DNA of 64,000 bases from Octopus bimaculoides (taxonomy: Eukaryota), in contig NC_068987.1 in the NCBI RefSeq assembly GCF_001194135.2, positions 50,226,798 through 50,290,797 of the forward strand, written 5' to 3'. Shown one piece after another: positions 11,811-24,124 of the stretch; positions within the stretch are counted from its first letter, which is position 1, and each line of letters begins with the position of its first letter. The position numbers and the translations under genes were made by a program. The notes under the pieces were generated by a model. It ran no database searches and was not told where the DNA came from. It worked only from the letters and a program-made list of their open reading frames with translations.

Positions 11811-12884
11811 TAAAGAAAAGTCATGACATTTTAACATTTAAGGAGAATGGAATTAGCAGTGTTGTTATGTTTCTTGATGAGAAGCACAACAACTATTCAC
11901 TGTAAGTGACCATATATGTAGTTAAAATAGTTAAAATGTTGGTGTTAACTAACTATAGATGTGTGGTAAGTGGAGAAAATCAATGTTGGTCATGACAAAG
12001 GTATTGAGTATGGGAGACAGCTCTAAACTTCTTTCAGTCTAATTCTGACCTCCTCAGTGGTGCAAAGCAAGCTGTACTTTTGCCATGTGGAGCTCAATGA
12101 ATCACTAAGTCAATATGCAAGAGTGTACTTTTGCTGATGTAGGAGAGCAGAATTGCTTAGACAAAATTAAGTCCAGCAGCTTAGATTGATAGCCATTACT
12201 GTTTGTCCTCCTCTCCTACCCTCTAAAACAATGAAATAAAACAAAAATATCCAAGTTAATCAATAAAAGTGATTAATTAGTCTAAGTGGTTTGACATCAG
12301 TTGAATGTGTACTTAATTTTTTTTATTGTTTCTTTGGAATGGAGTACATTGTTTACATTTTATTTGTGGGTGTGATGTAAGGAGCAGAGCTATATATATA
12401 TATATATATATNNNNNNNNNNNNNNNNNNNNNNNNNNNNNNNNNNNNNNNNNNNNNNNNNNNNNNNNNNNNNNNNNNNNNNNNNNNNNNNNNNNNNNNNN
12501 NNNNNNNNNNNNNNNNNNNNNNNNNNNNNNNNNNNNNNNNNNNNNNNNNNNNNNNNNNNNNNNNNNNNNNNNNNNNNNNNNNNNNNNNNNNNNNNNNNNN
12601 NNNNNNNNNNNNNNNNNNNNNNNNNNNNNNNNNATGCAATCAAAACTAATATAAATTAAAAAACATGGATCTGTTTCATTGGTCGTTTCAAATAACGGTC
12701 TTAGGTATGCAATGAACAAAATAAACAAAACAAATGAATTCAATATAGATTCATCCTATTTTTAAAAAATCAAAGAAAACCTTAAATTGAAAAGTGGATT
12801 CAAAATACATGTTTCTTTTGTCTCTTCATTGATTGTATGTTTTTATCATTTTCTAAAATTTGTAATGTTAATATATTTGTCTGC

Positions 12885-13090
12885 ATGGCAGTGAGCTGGC
12901 AGAAATGTTAGCACACTGGGTGAAATGCTTAGCGGTATATGTTCTGAGTTCAAATTCCACCGAGGTTGACTTTGCCTTTCATCCTTTCAGGGTCAATAAA
13001 TTATATACTAGTTGCGTACTGGGGTCGATCTAATCGACTAGCCCCCTCCACCAAAATTTTGGGCCTTGTGCCTAGAGCAGAAAAGAATAT
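12885..13090 (+). mobile_element. Family-B SINE
   Basis: GGCAGTGAGCTGGCAGAAATGTTAGC...GAGTTCAAATTCC...GGCCTTGTGCCTAGAGCAGAAAAGA; further single copies at ~35198-35375, 57290-57470 and 58530-58750. Confidence 0.85.
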
Positions 13091-16000
13091 ATTTGTCTGC
13101 ATGTATTTACTTTATGCGTACTTTAGTATTATGTATACCTGCCATGTATCTATGTACATCGTTAATATATAAGTGCATATGTGTGTGTGTGTGTGAAAAT
13201 GGGGCATCTGTCTCCGAAACTCCAAAGTTGAGTAATGTTTTCTTGCTTGGATTTGTAAACTACGATAAGGATAACACTGGTCAATAAAGAATTTGTCCCA
13301 AGGAAAAGAATACTTGTATCTTATATGCTTTTGCATGCAGAATTCAAAAATAATGTCAAATTATCTGTATCACCCACAGTTTCTTTGTTCCACGATATCC
13401 CTCTCAGTTCCTGTTATGTGTGCTAAATTTCAGTTAAGCTGTTGAAATGTGAACACACTGTGCAGTTGTCATTGTAACGAGCTGCTAATGCCACGCTGTC
13501 TGTTGAGTATCTAAAATTACCCAAATTTCCCAGCTTTAATTTCAAATAACATCAAATTTACAAGATAAAGTAATTCATTGGTTGTAATCAAAATTCAGTG
13601 TTGCGTCGATACACTAAAATTGAAAGCAATCTGAGGAAAATTAAGTGGGGCTCATTTTGCGAATGAGAAAGACTAGATCTGAAAATGTTGGCTTATTCAT
13701 TGACGAGTTTCTAAAGTTATCTGTTGGGACTGCAAATAATTAATTAGGTAATCAAAGTTTATTGCCAATATTGTCATTGAATTCTAAATAACATTAGACA
13801 GTTACACAGTCAGCAGAAGTTGTTGGTGTACTATATTCTGTAGAGGCAAACTTCTAAGTTTTGTGTTTAACATTTTTGCTATTTCCACTAGCCTTCTCTT
13901 TGACATCATTGCATATTTATTTATTTATTTATTTATTTACTTATCATGGATTCGAGAAGTGGTGTTCTTAGGGAAGTTGGGATGCCTAGGTGAGAGTTAT
14001 ATGATTGTCATTCAAACTCTTTTAGGGAGTAATGTCAGAGGCATGTAGAAACTAAGTTTTGATGAAGCTGGATTGACAGTCAACAAAGTTCATATGAACA
14101 AATACTGTTGATGTGCTGTTGGAAGAAGGCATATATATTAGCAGTGGGTCAGTTGTTGTGGACTGTCAGTAAATTTGTGTGTGATGGTTGTTGGGTCATT
14201 ATTATCATCATTTAATGGCTGTTTTCCACACTGGTATGGGTTAGATGCAGAAAGTGAAATCAAATATCTTGATGACAGGCATAACATAGAAGCCATCTTT
14301 TCAGGATGAACTCTGCAAATAATATAGGGTAAGTAAGGGTGGAAAACGACTTGATAAGCAAGGCCACATGCAATATTTTTCTAACACTGGCCCATTGTCA
14401 AACTCTGTCTTCCTCCACCATTCTATGAGGAATTTCTATGGCTGGCTTCTGCCTCGTATTTGTTTAAACTATGCCATTCTGGCCTCAACCCACGCAGCAC
14501 ACTTACCTCTCATCTGTAACTAAGCTTCTCACTATAGAACTTTATGCAGTGATTGTTGTAATGATGTATGAATTCACACATGTTATAGCTTATCTATATT
14601 ACATGGTCATGTAATATTGGTATCTGAAAAAAAAAAATGATATATAGTTTGATATTATAACAAAAAAAACATAAGTGTTTGATATTATAAAACATAGTTT
14701 GATATTATAACAAAAAAACATGCAATCTGATAAAGCTAACATCTATTTGTATTATCAATAGATTTAAGAGCATTAAATGACTCTAATAAGTTTGGAGCAT
14801 TATTTATTTATTTAGTTATTTATTTATTAAAATGAAGGGGTCACTTATCAGTAATGATCATGGAAGGGGAAAATGTAAAGAGGATTTATGAGCGTGGGCA
14901 CAGAATTGAAAACTAACGTCAAAATTATAATTTACTTTACTATCCTTTATTTGTAATTCTGAATAGAAATATCAAAATATTTATAGAGTGTGGATCAGTT
15001 ATTACTTGCCAAAAATGCAGCTTGGTCTAGCATTGTTACATTTTTCTTTTTTTTTTTCTTTCTTTTTGTAATAAACAGCTGTTTCTTTCACACATTGCTT
15101 TTATTCATTCATTAATAATGGCATATCAAATATCTCAGAATATGACAACTAGTTCTTTCTGTTACTGAATAGGATTGGAAATTCTTTTACACAGAATTTC
15201 ACAAAATAATATTGGGCTGAATCTTTCTTTAATGTGAATATTTGTGAGTCTTTAAAAAAAAAAAAAACAACAAAAAAATTAACAATATAAGGGTAACATG
15301 AATAATCAGCCAGCTTTATCTACTTAACATATTTATGTATTTAGTTGACAGTGATGTATTTTAACTCACTAAAGTTTCATATTTATTTGTACATTAAACT
15401 GTTTTATTAGTTTCTGAGTAACTTTGCTTTCAGTGTGAACTGACTGTTGTTGCGGTTGGATTATCTTTAATAGCATAAAAGATAATTATTCTTTCAAAAT
15501 TAAGGGGGGAAAAATACTTCTAAAGATATGGTAAAAAAAGATCCTGTAATATCTGCTGGAATTGATTCATCATCATCATTGTTTTTACATCTGCTATTTT
15601 GATACGGTATGGGTTGGCTGAGACATGCTGATCAGTGTTCAGTGTTTGGATACCATTCCTGTTGCCAACTCATGTTTGCACGTAAGGTACTTTACTCCTC
15701 ATCTTCATTTGTTGAACCACTGAGCTACTAGAACTTTTGCTTACGCATGATACAGACAACATTGCTATCTAAGTATCTTCAATGGAAAGACATATGAATA
15801 AAACACATGAATGCATAAACACAATAAGACACAACCACACTCACACACTAACTAGGCTTCTGTATAGTCTCCATCTATCCAATTTCACCCTCAAGACATT
15901 GGTCATACTGAGATTATAAAAGGAACCATTTGGGCTAAGTGCCACATAAAACAAACTTCTTAACCACACAACCATGTGTATACTTAATATATAAATGAAG

Positions 16001-16645
16001 TGAAAATATTTTAACTGCAAAGTTATGATGTTTAGTCTAGGTTTTTGTTGTTGTTGATATGACTCTATGTATTTAAAAGTAAAGTATTTCACTTTAAACC
16101 TTAAAAGTAAAATACCAAAATTAGGTTGGTTTATATAAAAGCTGTATGTGTTAATCAGAGAAACAATTAGGCAAGGAGAAACCAATTTCTTTTTATTTAC
16201 TATTGATAATGTGCCTGTACAATTTTTGGGGTAAAATAAAGAGCTTGTAGACATTTTCCTCTATACTAGCATGCAACAATGTAACTACCGTAATAGAAAG
16301 AACAATATAAGGATGAATGTTTAGTACAAGTTTATATGGTAAATAACATTTCCAAATGACATAGTTGAAATTTGAATTGGAAAAGTAAGTATACTGCTAA
16401 AATAATGACAACAAAACAAGGATTTTGAACTTACATTCTGGTTGAAGAAATTATATGTTGGAAATGGAAAAGACATGATGGTATATAAAATGATGGCAGC
16501 AGTGGCATATAATTGATGGTAAATTTTGAATTTATATCAATGGTTTTATAAATCAGCTTTGTTGTTGAATTGTTGTGATGGAGAACCTGATACGGCTATG
16601 TGTTCTTGGTAGAGGAAACAAGTTATCTATTCTGTTCTTACTTGT

Positions 16646-16877
16646 TTAACCCTTCTGTTAACATATTTGTGTTGAAATACACTGCCTTTGTTTTTATTAG
16701 TTTTGAAAATAATGAGAAATTTAGTAAAACAGCTGTCATTATTAAGCTGGCATTTAGAGCATAAATTAGCATGAAATTTTGATGAAAGTCTTTAATTTAG
16801 ATCCTTTATAATAGCAAGTTTGTATCATAGAACCTGAGGCAGACTCGACTCAGGTGGATTGGTATTAAAATGGTTAA
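16646..16877 (+). mobile_element. TTAA-flanked MITE, family P1
   Basis: TTAA|CCCTT...ATGG|TTAA; homologous to 3343-3558. Confidence 0.65.
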
Positions 16878-16899
16878 ACTGTTGTTCTGTTTAAACTGT

Positions 16900-17357
16900 C
16901 AATGCTTTTTGGAGAAGGTATCTTTTGTCCCCATCCCCCTCACATTCAGCCTCTTCTACCATGGGGGTATGTCCTGCCACCTCATCACCACCATCTTTCC
17001 TTTTCTAGCTGGGGTAGCTATGCATCTCCTCTAGAGCAACACACCTGTTCCTATTTCTCTCATACTCTTGCCTTTCAATACCTGGTATGAAGTCACCTCC
17101 CCCTATACTTACTTCATCCTCTCTCAGTCAAGGCGTTTGGTCTTGCAAGCTGTTTGGCAACCTCACTAGTGCTGGTTATACAAAAAAGCACCCAGTACAC
17201 TCTATTAAATATTACCGTTAGGAAGGGCATCCAACTGTGGAAACTTGGCCAAAACAGACATTGGAACTTGACATGGTCCTCTGACCTGTCGGATCCTGTT
17301 AAATCGTCCAACCCATGCCAGCAAAGAATATGGATGCTAAATGATGATGATGATGAT
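16900..17357 (+). mobile_element. RTE 3'-tail repeat (family C)
   Basis: CCTCACTAGTGCTGG...AAAAAGCACCCAGTACACTC...TTAGGAAGGGCATCCA...CCAACCCATGCCAGC...(GAT)n. Related copies at ~29177-29480 (-), 32950-34177 (+), 43138-43520 (-), 44200-44585 (+), 53957-54372 (+) and 60900-61240 (+). Confidence 0.8.
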
Positions 17358-17758
17358 ATGAATGTCATGACATCCTACCACTGTATAAGTACGACATTTG
17401 TTGCTTTGTAGACATTCATAATTATACTTCAATGATGATCAGAAGTAATTTTCAATTAATGGAAAAGAATAGGAGAGTTACAGAATTTGAACTTCTCTTC
17501 ATAGCTCTTAAACTTTGTTGATATACTATCACGCTGCAACCACTTTTGTATATTACATGAAGATAATGTTTTGGCAATGATTTAACAAAGACAGGCATTA
17601 TAGAAGAGAGGATAAACATTTTTGCGTATTTGTGTTCACATTTTTCTGTATGTATGTGTCCCTGCATATGAGTATGTGTGTGTGTGATTCAATCATGTTT
17701 TATCATGCTTCTGAACCACATTAAACGTAATTAAATTGGATGTTACAATTGTCTGCAG

Positions 17759-17930
17759 GTTGGTTATGATACCATTAACAACAGTGAAGACCAGATTCTC
17801 AAACAAGATATGCCACCAGCACTCAGCCGTGTCGAAGATGCTTCTATTCTGCTCCTCCAGGCTTCGGATATGCTGCGGGGAGACCCTTTTTCAGCCCCTG
17901 CTAGGAAGAAGCTCATTGAAGGATCACGAG
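17759..17930 (+). CDS. VCL: Vinculin exon (VGYDTINNSEDQILKQDMPPALSRVEDASILLLQASDMLRGDPFSAPARKKLIEGSR-G)
   Basis: ctgcag|GTT...CGAG|gtaggt; 172 nt, phase 0-1; in frame with the previous exon. Confidence 0.97.
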
Positions 17931-18109
17931 GTAGGTATTTCTCTTTATTCCTTTTCTTTTTTCATGACCAATTCTGTGTGAACTTCCCACTATTTTGTAA
18001 TTTGTCTTTGCACTCTACCCTTATCAATTGCCCTGGTGGCATATAAAAACTTCTTTTTATTCAACACTCTAATGATTCTGTCAATCTCACAACTTCTATA
18101 CTATATAAT

Positions 18110-18401
18110 AATTCTTTCTAATTTTGGCTCAAGGCCAGCGATTTAGAAGGAAGGGGGCAAGTTGATTACAATGACCCCAGTACTTGACTGGTATTTATAT
18201 TTTGTCAACCCCAAACAGGTGAAAAGTAAAGTCAACCATGGCAGTTTTGAGTTCAAATACTGTCGAGATCAATTTTGCTTTCCATCCATTTGGGGTTGAA
18301 AAATAAGTACCTGTTGAGCACAGAGGGAGGGGTGTTATTGATGTAACTGACTTGCTCCTCCCCTCAAAAGCTGCTGGTCTTGAGCAAAAATGAGAATCAT
18401 C

Positions 18402-18439
<38 letters not shown>

Positions 18440-19198
18440 CAATAAGGTAGCAAGCTGGAAGAATTGTTTGCATGCCAGGCAGAATGCTTAACAGCATTTT
18501 GTCCCATCTTTAAGTCTGATTTCAAATTCTACCTTTCATCCTTTCGGGATTGAAAAAATAAGTACCAGTGGAATACTGGGGTCAATGTAATTGACTAGCC
18601 TCCTCCCCCAAATTTCAAGCCTTGTGCCTATAATAGAAAGGATTATTATTAATTAAGGTGTCAAGCTGGCAGAATCATTAGCTCATCATACAAAATTTTT
18701 AGAAGCATTTTTTTCTAGCTCTTCACATTCTCTATTCAAAATCTTGCTGAGATCAATTTTGCTTTTCATTCTTTTGGGATCTATATAATTGACTAACTCC
18801 TTCTGCTTACAAAAAAAAAAAAAAAAAAAAATGCTAGCCTTGTGCCAAAATTTGCAGAAACATTAGCACATCAGATGAAAATGCTGAGTGACATTTCTTC
18901 TGCCTCTTTTATATTCTGAGTTCAAATTCCACTTAAGTCAACTTTGCTTTTCATATTTTTGGGATTGATTTTTATCAATCCTAAAAGAACGAAAGGTGAA
19001 GTGCCAGTTGAGCACTGGGGCCAATGTAATTGACTACTGTCTCCTAAAATTGCTGACCTTGTGCAGAAATGAGAAAGAATTATTATTATAAGTGGGGTTA
19101 CGATTTAGAAAATTAGTAGAGAGGTAGATAAAATTGTGCTTATTTAGTTGCATCCCTCTGTTTTGAGTTTCAATATATTTGTGTCTATATCAGAAATA

Positions 19199-19234
<36 letters not shown>

Positions 19235-19440
19235 GTTTCAAAATTTAGCACAAGGTCAGCAGTTTTGGGGCAGGGATGAGTTAGATACATCGACTTACTT
19301 GGTAAGAATTGGTACTTATTTTATCGACTCAGAAAGGATGAAAGGCAAAGTCGATCTTGGTGGAAGTTGAACTCAGAAGGTAAAGAAGGACAAAATGCCA
19401 CTAAGCATTTTGCCAGAGTGTTAATGACCCTACCAGCTAC
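18110..19440. mobile_element. Second family-B SINE array (minus partial, ~5 plus, then minus)
   Basis: Same diagnostic motifs as 9097-11810; (AAT)n at ~19195-19232 separates the plus run from the last minus copy. Confidence 0.82.
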
Positions 19441-19759
19441 TGAATGCTAATTTAATTATTAATGACTTGTAGGTACGTGGTATTTCGTTATTCAACCATA
19501 GTATACTAAAAAGTGTATGAATCGTTTTTATAAGTCAATACTGTGTTCAACTGTGTTAGCAGTTCTCTTTACATCACTTGTTAATGTCATCTCTACAGAT
19601 TTTCTATAGAAATTATAGCCAGCACTGATTTTCATTATGACATTTTGTATCTAAGCCACCTGATGTAAACAAGCAATGAAATCAAAGATGAAAAATGGGT
19701 AATGGGCATATATGCCATATACACCTATTACCCATTTTTCATTTTCGTTAATTTAATTA

Positions 19760-20019
19760 TCCTGGTGTTTGGTGACAAGTTTCCTCAAATCTCAAGAATC
19801 TTTCTTAGGATTCTTGCATGTCAACAATCCGTTTCAATTGTAGTATCCTTCAGCCTCTTAGGTAGCAGTTTGGGTGTTGTGCTTAGTGCACCAATTACCA
19901 CAGAAATAATTATTACCTTTGTCTTCCACAATCTCTTCATCTAGATCCTGACATTACTCAATTTCTTTGATATCCATTCTACTATCATATGGTATTGTTA
20001 AATCAATGATCTTACACTG
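19760..20019 (-). mobile_element. 3' fragment of a restriction-like-endonuclease LINE (R4/Dong-like)
   Basis: Manual minus-strand translation: CKIIDLTIPYDSRMDIKEIE*CQDL / KRLWKTKVIIISVVIGALSTTPKLLPKRLKDTTIET / HARILRKILEI* (stop at 19785-19787). This matches the D-x-x-x-P-x-D...K...Y-x-DL...V-x-IGALG...ARILRKVL C-terminus of RLE elements. Confidence 0.7.
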
Positions 20020-20037
20020 TATTATTAAAATCATAAG

Positions 20038-20254
20038 CCCTTTAGCATTTAAACTGGCCATATCCGGCCAAAATGTTCTGCCTGTTTCAGGTTCAAACTG
20101 GCCAGATCTAGTCTCTCACATCTACTCTACAAGATCATTCTGAAAATAAACAGTCACATCATCAAAATCTCAGTTACAAGATATTGTATGATTAACTCAA
20201 AACTGTAAGAATAAATAAGCGTTACTTTCACAGAGTAATCTGAATGCTAAGGGG
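20038..20254 (+). mobile_element. piggyBac-like MITE family P2, decayed ends
   Basis: CCCTTTAGCATT...AATGCTAAGGGG; homologous to 50421-50635. Confidence 0.7.
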
Positions 20255-21739
20255 TGTCTGACAAAATGCAAGGTATTTTGTTTAATGCTCTTCTAGGTCT
20301 TTACAATTTGAGTTCAAATCCAGTATTTCTTTGTATTTACTAAATTAATTTTCACTACATTTTACAATTTACTATTCCATTGAAAGTGGAATCAGCAGTC
20401 AAAATAGATTTTAATTATAGACTAAAGATATTTCATAATCTATATGACCTAAACAGGTTAAATATAAGAAACATTAAATGCTAATCTATAATTTTAGAAA
20501 GTCATATATCTTCATAAACTTGTAAGCATTTGATATCGCCAACTAATACGAAATAAACTTTATTCATAGTTAAAAGGATCATAGTGTGGAAGACACATTA
20601 TTAGTCATTCAAAAACACACAAAGACTGTTAAACTTCACTTCAGCATTTATTATTTGGTGTCAAAATTTTTGTCACACCAACTGCAACCTGAGTACTGAC
20701 AGGATTTCACTGCATCTCTTAGTTTCAACACATGGTTTCAGATCAAATTACTTGCCTGGCAAGTACACAATCTTTATTCATGGCTCATTTCCAACAATAT
20801 TTGGAATTTGGTGCTTCTTTTTTTCCTCTTTCATCAGGTGTTACAGGTTATAATTACCTTTTGAAACAATTTATTTTAATTAACTTGACAAAAATCTGTG
20901 TGAGTTTTGTTTAAAAAGACCCTTTCACTTCCCATTCAATGTTATTTTCCTTAGTTTTGTTGGTTTGTTAAGTTACCCCAAAACTACTTTCAACCCATAC
21001 AAAATGTTCTGTGTGTCATGGAAAAGTGTCAAATATTCCTACTTCCCTGTTTAAACAACTAAACCACACCCTTGGGTGAAACAGAATATTTTTTTCTGAC
21101 TCATGGTTATTGATTAGATATTTTGATTCTCAGACTTCTTGCTTTGAGCTCTTTATTCTGAGTGACCTGACAATTCTTTGAATCTATCATCTTCATGAAT
21201 ATTCATTCCATTCTTTATCAGTGAGAAATATAAGCACGTTCCTTTTCTTTTTATTATTTATATCCACAGTTGAAATGAATCACAGAATAATCATCCAAGA
21301 ATTTAATTTCATGAATCAATGTAAATAATAGTAGAAGGAAATTTTATCTTTTTCGGGAGAGATTTTCCTATTTCTAAGGTTCTACAAATGTAAACAGAAT
21401 TAAAACAGAAAAGTGTGTGTATTCTGTGTCATTGAGGTAGGGAAAGTTAGGTGATAAAGGGTATTGATGGAGATGGAGAGGAATTCAGTGTAGGAGAACA
21501 TAGACAAGAGAAAAGAGTGGAGGGAAGGACTTGAAGCAAGTATGAAAGGATGTATAAAATAAAAAAAATTACATACTCTGTAAGTTTATCTTACATTTCT
21601 AAATAACACATACGCAAACATACACACGCACACATATACTTACATAAAACCTGTGTAAACACACATACACATGTGCATACAAATGTGTGTAAATACAAAT
21701 AGATATGCATATACACATATAAGCATATATATCTTTTCT

Positions 21740-22052
21740 TTTTTACTTTTACTTGTTTCAGTCATTACACTGTGGCCATGCTGGGGCACTGCCTTGAAGA
21801 ATTTTTAGTCAAATGTTTTTATTTTCCCTTTAATCCTGGCACTTATTCTATCGGTTCATTTGCTGAACCATTAGGTTATGGAGACGTGTACACACGTACA
21901 CAAGCCAACACTGATTGTCAAGCAGTGAGAGTGGGGACAATTTCCATCTACCCCATCTACTCAAGGCTTTGGTCAGCCTGAGGCTATAGCAGGAGACACC
22001 TGCCCAAGGTGCTATGCAGTGGGACTTGGAAGCAAGCTTCTTACACAGCCAT
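21740..22052 (-). mobile_element. Family-A tRNA-derived SINE, decayed
   Basis: Reverse complement of the A head (GGCTGTGT...CTTGGGCAGGTGTCT...GACCAAAGCCTTG) and A tail (GCATGGCCACAGT...AATGACTGAAACAAGTAAAAG). Confidence 0.75.
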
Positions 22053-23555
22053 TCCTTAAAAAAAAAAGAGAAAAAAAGTCATTGTAGTTTCTTTAAAGTT
22101 AATTCATTTGTTTATTCATTTAATGTGCAACACAGGAATTTTGTTCAAATTTAATTTTCTCTGTCTGTTTGTGGGCCAGTTTGAAAAGATGTAATATTTT
22201 AGATGTGCGTGTGTGTGTTTTAGTTCTTTTCTTTTTCTTTTTTCCTCCTTTGCTGTAACTTTGATGGAAAACATATCAAACCCTTAATAATATTACAGGC
22301 TCAGCCATTACACATCCTGTGGAGAGATGATAATGATAGAAAGATGGGGTAACTCACTGAGATAACCTAGTTGCAAGAAAGTGTAGGTGTTGTCATGTCA
22401 GTGTGGATGATGACTTTAAAAGGTGGCAGGGAGGGCATTGGAGGAGTTAAGGTGGTGCTTGTTCAGTTGGGCATGGGTGGGCATGAATTTCTTAATTTCT
22501 TTTTCTGTGTGTAGGGGTAGGTGTCTACTACCAGCCTTAGTCTCTTAACATTGAAAGAAAAAGTCACCGTCCTATTTTTTAACTCCCTCCTTCCCTCCAA
22601 TTGGGAGCAATTTGAACCCCCTTATCAAATTATCTGAGAACCCTTATTTTCCTATTCTTTTATTAGTTATTAGTATCTTTACCAACAGTAAGTATGAACA
22701 CCTTCCCTGTTGTTATCTGACATTTAAAGGAATTTCTTCTTAGCCTTCTCTGCCCCTCCCTCACTCCTTCACAGTATGAGAGAGGCTGATTATATGAACA
22801 TCCCTCACACTGCCTTACAGTAATCCCTTGCTCTCTTGCCCCAGCCATAAGGAAAGGACTCCTCTTTGCACCCCTTCCCATCTCTCTTCAGTAAGTTATC
22901 CTTCTACTTAGAATATTAGAGATTACAGGCAATAGTCTTCTTATTGCCAACAGGAAATAAATAGACAGAATGAGTGTATGTGAAAGAGAGAGATGGTGAG
23001 GAATAGAGTGCAGGTGTGTCAGTGCATGTATGTGTGTGTGAAAGAGAGAGAGAGTGTGTGAGTGCATGTGTGTGAAAGAGAGAGAGAAATTGATTCTCTA
23101 TCCAGCTGTTTCTTGTCACCAATCTCTTGTTGAAAAGGGAAGCTGAAATAACTACCCCTCCTCTCCCTCCAATGTCTGTGTTATTCCTTAAAAAAAAAAT
23201 TTTTTTTACAAAATGTGAAATAGAAAGGGTGGGGTTTGGTAAATGACCCATTACAGTGATCTTGCTTACATACTTATTATAACAGAGCCCTCCTTATCAG
23301 TGAACAAGTGTGAATATTACATACCTGCCCTCCCCTGTCACTCTTCCTATCCCCCTCTCTCGTTTGTTGTAGGAGGCTTCTGTACTTTTTGGCTGATATA
23401 TTTCAGAAATTTTTTAGCTCTATTTTGGAAGGTATAATAGTATTTGATGCAAAATTCTCTGAGTTGCTCATTCTTTTCATTCTGTCTGATTAGATACATG
23501 TTATTTAGTGTTGTAAAGCATTTTTTTGTCACTGTTGTATCTGTCTTTTGATGAC

Positions 23556-23854
23556 AGTTGTAACTCTGACAGATATTATTATATTCCAGAGTCATTGATA
23601 GAATGGTTCTATCTGGCACTGTATGACCCCCAGTCATACAGTGTTGTTATCCTCAAACGGTTGGATCGGATCGTTATAACGCCCACTCAGTATCACAGTA
23701 TAATTACTGTATCGGCACAGACATGACTATCAACACAGTCTACATGTACTCCCGACTTTCCTGATCTTCTCCTGTCGACTGGCTACTGGTTTATTTATAA
23801 TGGCTGGCTACTACCACTTTTTACTGGGAGGGTGTACAGTTTCACTATACAACA
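23556..23854 (-). mobile_element. Probable 3' LTR of the adjacent Gypsy remnant
   Basis: Minus strand begins TGTTGTA immediately after a purine tract (GAGAGAGAGTAGGGAAGA, 23855-23872) and ends TACAACT (6/7 terminal inverted match); 299 nt; lies downstream of the integrase remnant in the same orientation. Confidence 0.5.
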
Positions 23855-23969
23855 TCTTCCCTACTCTCTCTCTTTACTTGTTTCAGTCATTACCACTTTT
23901 TACTGGGAGGGTGTACAGTTTCACTATACAACATCTTCCCTACTCTCTCTCTTTACTTGTTTCAGTCAT
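23812..23969. repeat. Perfect 79-nt tandem duplication
   Basis: 23812-23890 is identical to 23891-23969 (TACCACTTTTTACTGGGAGG...GTTTCAGTCAT). Confidence 0.95.
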
Positions 23970-24124
23970 TTGACTGTGGCCATGCTGGAGCACTGCCTTT
24001 AGTCGAGTAAATCGACCCCGGGACTTATTCTTTGTAAGCCTAGTACTTATTCTATCAGTCTCTTTTGCTGAAGCGTTAAGTTACGGGGACGTAAACACAC
24101 CACCATCAGTTGTCAAGTGATGTT
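23945..24124 (-). mobile_element. Family-A SINE 3' half running into an N-gap
   Basis: Reverse complement of GTTTACGTCCCCGTAACTT...GAATAAGTACTAGGCTTACAAAGAATAAGTCCCGGGGTCGATTT...GACTAAAGGCAGTGCTCCAGCATGGCCACAGTCAAATGACTGAAAC. Confidence 0.85.

Noticed and set aside
13195-13800. CpG-retaining unique intronic stretch as a possible enhancer
   Set aside because: Nothing in the sequence alone separates it from an unrecognised repeat; it needs conservation or chromatin data.
21270-21320. Possible 51-nt in-frame cassette exon (tatccacag|...AAT|gtaaat) in the large phase-1 intron
   Set aside because: Weak donor, no homology, and it would insert 17 residues into a conserved D1 helix; expected by chance in 24 kb of AT-rich intron.
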